A DNA stretch of 64,000 nucleotides from Candidatus Bathyarchaeota archaeon (GTDB taxonomy: Archaea; Thermoproteota; Bathyarchaeia; Bathyarchaeales; Bathycorpusculaceae), in contig CAWHXY010000004.1 of the NCBI GenBank assembly GCA_963833575.1, positions 736,001 through 800,000 of the forward strand. Reading direction: 5' to 3'. The first letter of the stretch is position 1. Every line of letters starts with the position of its first letter. Below the pieces are notes generated by a model. That model saw only the letters and a program-made list of their open reading frames with translations, had not been told where the DNA came from and did not search any database. Below are positions 59,457 through 64,000 of the stretch, in pieces. A program made the translations under genes and the position numbers.

Positions 59457-60260
59457 TTATCCTATTTGGAAGGCTCTCATTGAAACTGAGCCGTTTTGAA
59501 AACCTTCATGGATAAATTTTAGGCTCTCCCCTTTTTTCTGCAATCCAATGGCGTAAATCATGGGCAAATAATGGTCTTGAGTTGGCACCGCATACATTGC
59601 CTCTTTTCCAATGTCCAGATAGTTGATGAGGGCTTCATGATTTCCTGATTGTAGGTTCTTTTTGATTTTTTCGTCGAATTTTACTGCCCAGTCGAATGGT
59701 TTTGCGTCGATGTCAAAGTCTATTAGGCCTAGGTTGTGAACGATGTTGCCGCTGCCGATGATGAGAATCCCTTTCTCTCTTAGCGCGGCCAATTCGGAAG
59801 CCAATTTGTAATGGTGTTCCAGCGGTTTTGGGTTCCAATCATTATAAGGAGAGTAATCTAAACTCATTTCAAAAACAGGAACGTTAGCCTCAGGATACGT
59901 GTGCTTAAGAACTGCTCACGCTGCGTGATCTAGTCCCCAATCGCCGCATTTTACATCGGTGGACTTTACTGTTTTAATTGTTAGTTCGGCGTCTTCTGGT
60001 GATCCTGGGCTTGGATAGCTCAAGCGATACAGCTCGTCTGGGAAACCGTAGAAATCATAGATAGTTTCAGGTTTACTAACGCATGTAACGTAGGTGCCCT
60101 TTGTCAACCAATGTGCAGAAATCACCAGAATCGCTTTGGGCTCGGGAAGTTTTTCAGCAGCTTTGACTAAGCTTTGCGTGTAGTCGTTGTTTAAAACAAT
60201 GTTCATTGGGGAACCATGTCCAATGAAGAGCACCGGCATCGTTCCAACAGTCTTTGCCAT
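59457..60260 (-). pseudogene. 4,5-DOPA extradiol dioxygenase (LigB/YgiD family) with an in-frame TGA
   Basis: FIGHGSPM, ISAHW, WGLDHAA*AVLKHTYP (TGA at 59916-59918 where Trp is expected), GSGNIVHNL; both ORF-track halves share one frame. Confidence 0.85.
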
Positions 60261-60272
60261 GTCTTGTCGCAC

Positions 60273-60610
60273 TTACTGTTTTTCAGTTAAGTTTTTGAAT
60301 TGTTTTTTGTCTAAGCCAACCCCGGGTTCCGCATCTAGGCGCTTCTCAACCTTTCCGTTTTTGAAAACTATCACCGTTGGATAGTATTCTATGCCAAATT
60401 CTTCGAAAACTTCTGGTTCCTCATCTGCAATAACGCTCAAACAAACCTCAGGATTTTTTTTCGAGTATTCTTCAAAGACTGGCAGAAACCTTTGCGAATG
60501 CGGGCACCAATCTGCATAAAACAGAACAAACGCTTTGTCTTTGTTGTCTATTTTTTCGTGAAAAAGGCTTTTTTAACAGTTTTGTTTTCCGTTTTTTTTG
60601 CTTTGCTCAT
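60273..60610 (-). pseudogene. Thioredoxin-like protein (WCPHS) with a 1-nt frameshift near the N-terminus
   Basis: Manual translation FVLFYADWCPHSQRFLPVF...IEYYPTVIVFKNG; ATG at 60610 is out of frame (338 nt to stop). Confidence 0.75.
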
Positions 60611-60638
60611 AGTTAATTCACCTCATTTTCTCTGTTTT

Positions 60639-61529
60639 TTAAGTTGGTTTTGGAGAAACACTTGATTTGATGAATGTACCTGATTCAAGTTCTTCAAAAG
60701 CTTTCTCTAATTCTTCCTCAGTGTTCATAACGATAGGACCTCTCCAAGCAACAGGCTCATTCAATAGTTCACCTGAAATAAATAGAAAGCGGCTGTCACT
60801 GCATGAGGTAATTTTGACCAGATCACCTTCACCCAAAACTGCACACTGTCCCTGCGTTACATGTTTGCCTAAAATTTCAATTGATCCCTCGACAACGTAA
60901 GCAAATACTGTGTACTTTTTGGGAGTCGCATGCTCGAATTTTTTTCCAGCTGCCAATTCTATATCAAAGTATTCTATGTCTACTGCCAAATCTTGAACTG
61001 GCCCTTTTGTTCCATCTACTTTTCCTGCTATGACCTTGATTTTTGACCCATCTTTTTGGAATATTGGACTTTGCTGTTTTTCTATTCCTCGATATTTTGG
61101 GTCGGTCATTTTTTTCTTTGCAGGCAAATTTACCCACAGTTGAAAGCCCTGCATCAAACCATTGTATTTTTTGGGCATTTCTTGATGGATAACGCCTGAA
61201 CCAGCAGTCATCCATTGCACATCTCCAGATTTGATAACGCCCTCATTGCCCATGCTGTCGCCATGTTCAACTTCGCCAGTCCACATGTAAGTAACTGTTT
61301 CCATTCCTCTATGAGGGTGCCAAGGAAAACCTTTAATGTAATCGTTAGGATCGTCAGATCCAAAATGGTCTAAAAGCAAGAAAGGGTCAAGAGTAGAGTT
61401 TTCGTCGTTTCCCAGCACTCGTTTAAGTTTGACGCCTGCCCCTTCCATGGTTACTTGACGTTCTAAAATCTTTTCCACTTTTCTTTCCACAAAAATACCT
61501 GCCTTCCATTTTTGTCTTGATTGTTTCAT
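60639..61529 (-). CDS. Pirin family protein (start possibly GTG at 61490)
   Basis: DPFLLLDHF, GFPWHPHRG.ETVTY, WMTAGSGVIHQE and GPIVMN. Confidence 0.95.
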   Translation of the reverse strand: MKQSRQKWKAGIFVERKVEKILERQVTMEGAGVKLKRVLGNDENSTLDPFLLLDHFGSDDPNDYIKGFPWHPHRGMETVTYMWTGEVEHGDSMGNEGVIKSGDVQWMTAGSGVIHQEMPKKYNGLMQGFQLWVNLPAKKKMTDPKYRGIEKQQSPIFQKDGSKIKVIAGKVDGTKGPVQDLAVDIEYFDIELAAGKKFEHATPKKYTVFAYVVEGSIEILGKHVTQGQCAVLGEGDLVKITSCSDSRFLFISGELLNEPVAWRGPIVMNTEEELEKAFEELESGTFIKSSVSPKPT

Positions 61530-61757
61530 AGGTGATTAAGAGTGTGCATTAGCTCAACTGTTGTTTAGCACCTATAAAATCACCAATAATATCACGTTTA
61601 AAAGCCAATATAAATCTTAAGGGACACAGTAGGACCATCAGTCACGTTTCAGTAGTTTTTTCACTTTCAGTTGTCCCCCTACTGCTATGAGATGTCGTTT
61701 CTAAGCTTGATTTTTAAGCAATGTCAGTGATATGGCGATTCCCACGGGGGATATTAA

Positions 61758-62237
61758 TTGGCTGATATGGATTATTTGAAATTGATTTGGTATACTGATT
61801 TCCTTGGTGTTGGTTATGCATACGAGCAGAAAGGTTGGCTAGTATTTCCTATTTTTAGTAGTCCCTCAAACGCAAAAAAGATCTGGAATAACCAGATAGA
61901 GCCTTTAGAGGATCAAACGCTTAAAATGCGATTCATCGAGCATGGAAGCGAATACAAATTCGTTTGCTATCCTTTCTCTTTTCAGAAGGACAAGTTGAAT
62001 TTTGGATTTTACCGAAGCATAAATTCATCAGGGGCTTATAACAAATTTAAGAGAAGCTTCTTTGGCAAGGTTTCTTTTGCTTTTGCTACAATTGGAGATG
62101 GAATTAGACCCAACATTTTTAACAAAACCAGACAAGTTTCCGATGTTAAATTCGTGAAAAACACGGATGTTTTGGAAAATTCAGTAGAATGGTTTGCAGA
62201 GAAGTCACAGCAAAAAAGGATGGAAACTAATAATTGA
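61758..62237 (+). CDS. Hypothetical protein
   Basis: 159-aa ORF; no family recognised. Confidence 0.6.
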   Translation: MADMDYLKLIWYTDFLGVGYAYEQKGWLVFPIFSSPSNAKKIWNNQIEPLEDQTLKMRFIEHGSEYKFVCYPFSFQKDKLNFGFYRSINSSGAYNKFKRSFFGKVSFAFATIGDGIRPNIFNKTRQVSDVKFVKNTDVLENSVEWFAEKSQQKRMETNN

Positions 62238-62301
62238 CAAAAGGTAAGCCTTGGTAATTATCGAGCGCTTGAAGCTGAACTTTTAGAGTGGAGAAACAAG
62301 T

Positions 62302-63754
62302 ATGAGGCACTTGCCAAGAAGTCCCAGGACACATGAGGCTAGAACTTTCAGGCCGGATCGGTTATTCTCTGAACGCGCGCAACTGCTCAAAGATATTGCC
62401 ACTGTTGAAGCTATTGCTAGGCGGAAAATTAAATCTGAAACTGGCGATATTGCTAAATTTCTGGTTGATTACTGCAAACTTAAGCCGTACAAGCATACAC
62501 TTGACATTGCCAAATTGTATTCTGATTATCAATTCATGGCTTTACGTTTTCCTAGGCAGACTGACAAGAGCACTACCGTTGGCGCTTTGATTTTGCAGGA
62601 TGCTTGGGAACATCCGGATCTCTACATTGGATTTGTTGGACCAAGCTGGCGCCAAACTAAACTCAATGTTCGGCGGGTGGCTGGTTTTTGCCGAAATCTT
62701 CCTTCGCAAGGACTTCATGTTCAGAGAACAAGAATAACCCTTCCAAATGGCAGTGTGATTGAGGCTTTCCCAAATAACGCTGACACAATAAGAGGCAACA
62801 CTTTTGACAGGTTATGGTGGGATGAAACCAACTTCACACCCAACGATGAAGACCTGTACGATGCAATCTTGTTCACAATGAGCACCAAAAAAAGAGGCAA
62901 AACTAATTGCAACCAGCACACCTTTCAATTCTGATTCTCTGTTTTGGAAAATGTGCAACCACGATGACTTTGCAGATTTCGGGCGATACAACATTTCTTG
63001 GGAGCAAGCTATCGAACCAAATGGTCCACTAAGTACAACAATAATTGAAAAAATAAAGCGGCAGTTTAGTAATGACTCGGCGAGGTGGCGCCGCGAAATG
63101 GAAGCTGAATGGGCAGACGACGAAGACGTCTGGCTAACCCAAAGCCTCATCGTAAGCTGCATCGACAGCACACTAATCCCCTACGACTTCCACAGCACTC
63201 CACTGCGCAGCGAATTTTACATCGGCGTTGACTTTGGCAAAGAACGCGACTACAGCATAGTAGTTGTAGTTGAAAAGATAGGCCATATCGTGAGGGTGGT
63301 TCACGTTCACCGCTTCCCCCTACATTCAGAGTACGCAAGTGTCATCGGTTACGTTAAAAGCCTACAAGACCGTTGGAAAGGCATTGAGTCTGTTTATGCA
63401 GACGTTACAGGAGTTGGAAACTACATTGTTGAAGACATGTTCCGCAGCGGCATTGAGGGAATAAATGGCATAACTTTTACAGTTCAATCCAAAGAAGAAA
63501 TGGCCAATATCCTTCGAGAAAAGATGCGAGCTGGCGAAATAAAAATTCCATATGTACCCGCAAGAAAGCTGGGAGACATCGACTTAACATCAGAGTTAAA
63601 CGTTGAAAGGTACGAGCTCATGAAAACTGGACACTTAGGATTTAGCCACCCTGAAGGAACACATGACGATGTCTTCTGGAGTATAGCCCTTGCAGTTCTA
63701 GGTTCAGTTAGAACACCAATGCCGGGTATAGGCGTTGGTTTTATTCCGCATTAA
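62302..63754 (+). pseudogene. Terminase large subunit (viral packaging ATPase-nuclease), frameshifted
   Basis: PRQTDKST (Walker A, G replaced by D), WWDE (Walker B), IGVDFG and HDD nuclease motifs; one extra A in A7 at 62887-62893 breaks ..KKEAKLIATSTP.. Confidence 0.85.
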
Positions 63755-63829
63755 TTCTATTCAATAGAACAATAGAGCCTTCCAGAAATCATTAGTTCAT
63801 ATCAGAAATCAAAGCAAAAAGGCGTAATA

Positions 63830-63854
63830 GTGCCGGGGAAGGATTCAAACCCCC
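63830..63854 (-). mobile_element. Degenerate tRNA 3' fragment (att-site relic)
   Basis: Minus strand GGGGGTTTGAATCCTTCCCCGGCAC resembles the tRNA-Ser 3' end AGGGGTTCGAATCCCTTCCCCGGCGC; no 5' tRNA half next to it. Confidence 0.6.
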
Positions 63855-63974
63855 AATTTAACAGTAAATAGATAGTAAGGCGAGTCCAACTGGCTAACGA
63901 TAGTTACTCAAACTTCAAAATAACTAAAGAAGAGTGTAACAGCATTCAGTCCTCTAAAAAGCATTGGAGCAAAA

Positions 63975-64000
63975 GAAAATGGGCTGAGTAGGCTCTGGTT
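63975..64000. repeat. Conserved structured element, copy 5, inverted and truncated by the window end
   Basis: GGGCTGAGTAGGCTCTGGTT versus GGGCTGAGTGGGCTCGGGTT (reverse complement of copies 1-3). Confidence 0.65.

Noticed and set aside
59916-59918. Selenocysteine or genetic-code reassignment at the in-frame TGA
   Set aside because: The position corresponds to Trp, TGA serves as a normal stop elsewhere in the window, and no SECIS was recognised.
62887-62894. Programmed -1 frameshift at AAAAAAAG in the terminase
   Set aside because: The downstream frame is +1, not -1, and the Walker A is also damaged.

Overview
Archaeal chromosomal window, most likely Bathyarchaeia (inferred from PolD, Rpo7/Spt4, Elf1, GGGP synthase, an intron-containing tRNA and paralogous PQQ-like beta-propeller surface proteins). 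The core parts are the rpo7-spt4-rps24e-rps27ae cluster, rpl3-rps19, tRNA-Ser(CGA), ahcY, pyrE, PolD DP1/DP2, cdc6 with an ORB-flanked replication origin, nadE, nob1 and nadK. The accessory zone at about 8.3-28.1 kb holds two large membrane-anchored beta-propeller genes, each divergent from tandem-domain Lrp/AsnC regulators and each followed by a conserved ~125-bp multi-hairpin element. That element occurs five times in the window and mimics the genes' own ribosome-binding region. One paralogue is frameshifted by an extra CA unit just after its signal peptide. An aconitase-IDH-ATP citrate lyase operon lies between the two modules. Next to oriC, a membrane-anchored coiled-coil/wHTH gene and two neighbours are surrounded by helically phased GTGAT/GTGAA arrays, a candidate origin-tethering or segregation system. 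The right end has a partly disrupted pirin-thioredoxin-dioxygenase cluster, a broken terminase and a tRNA 3' fragment. All family calls are by motif recognition only, and several small indels could be assembly errors.
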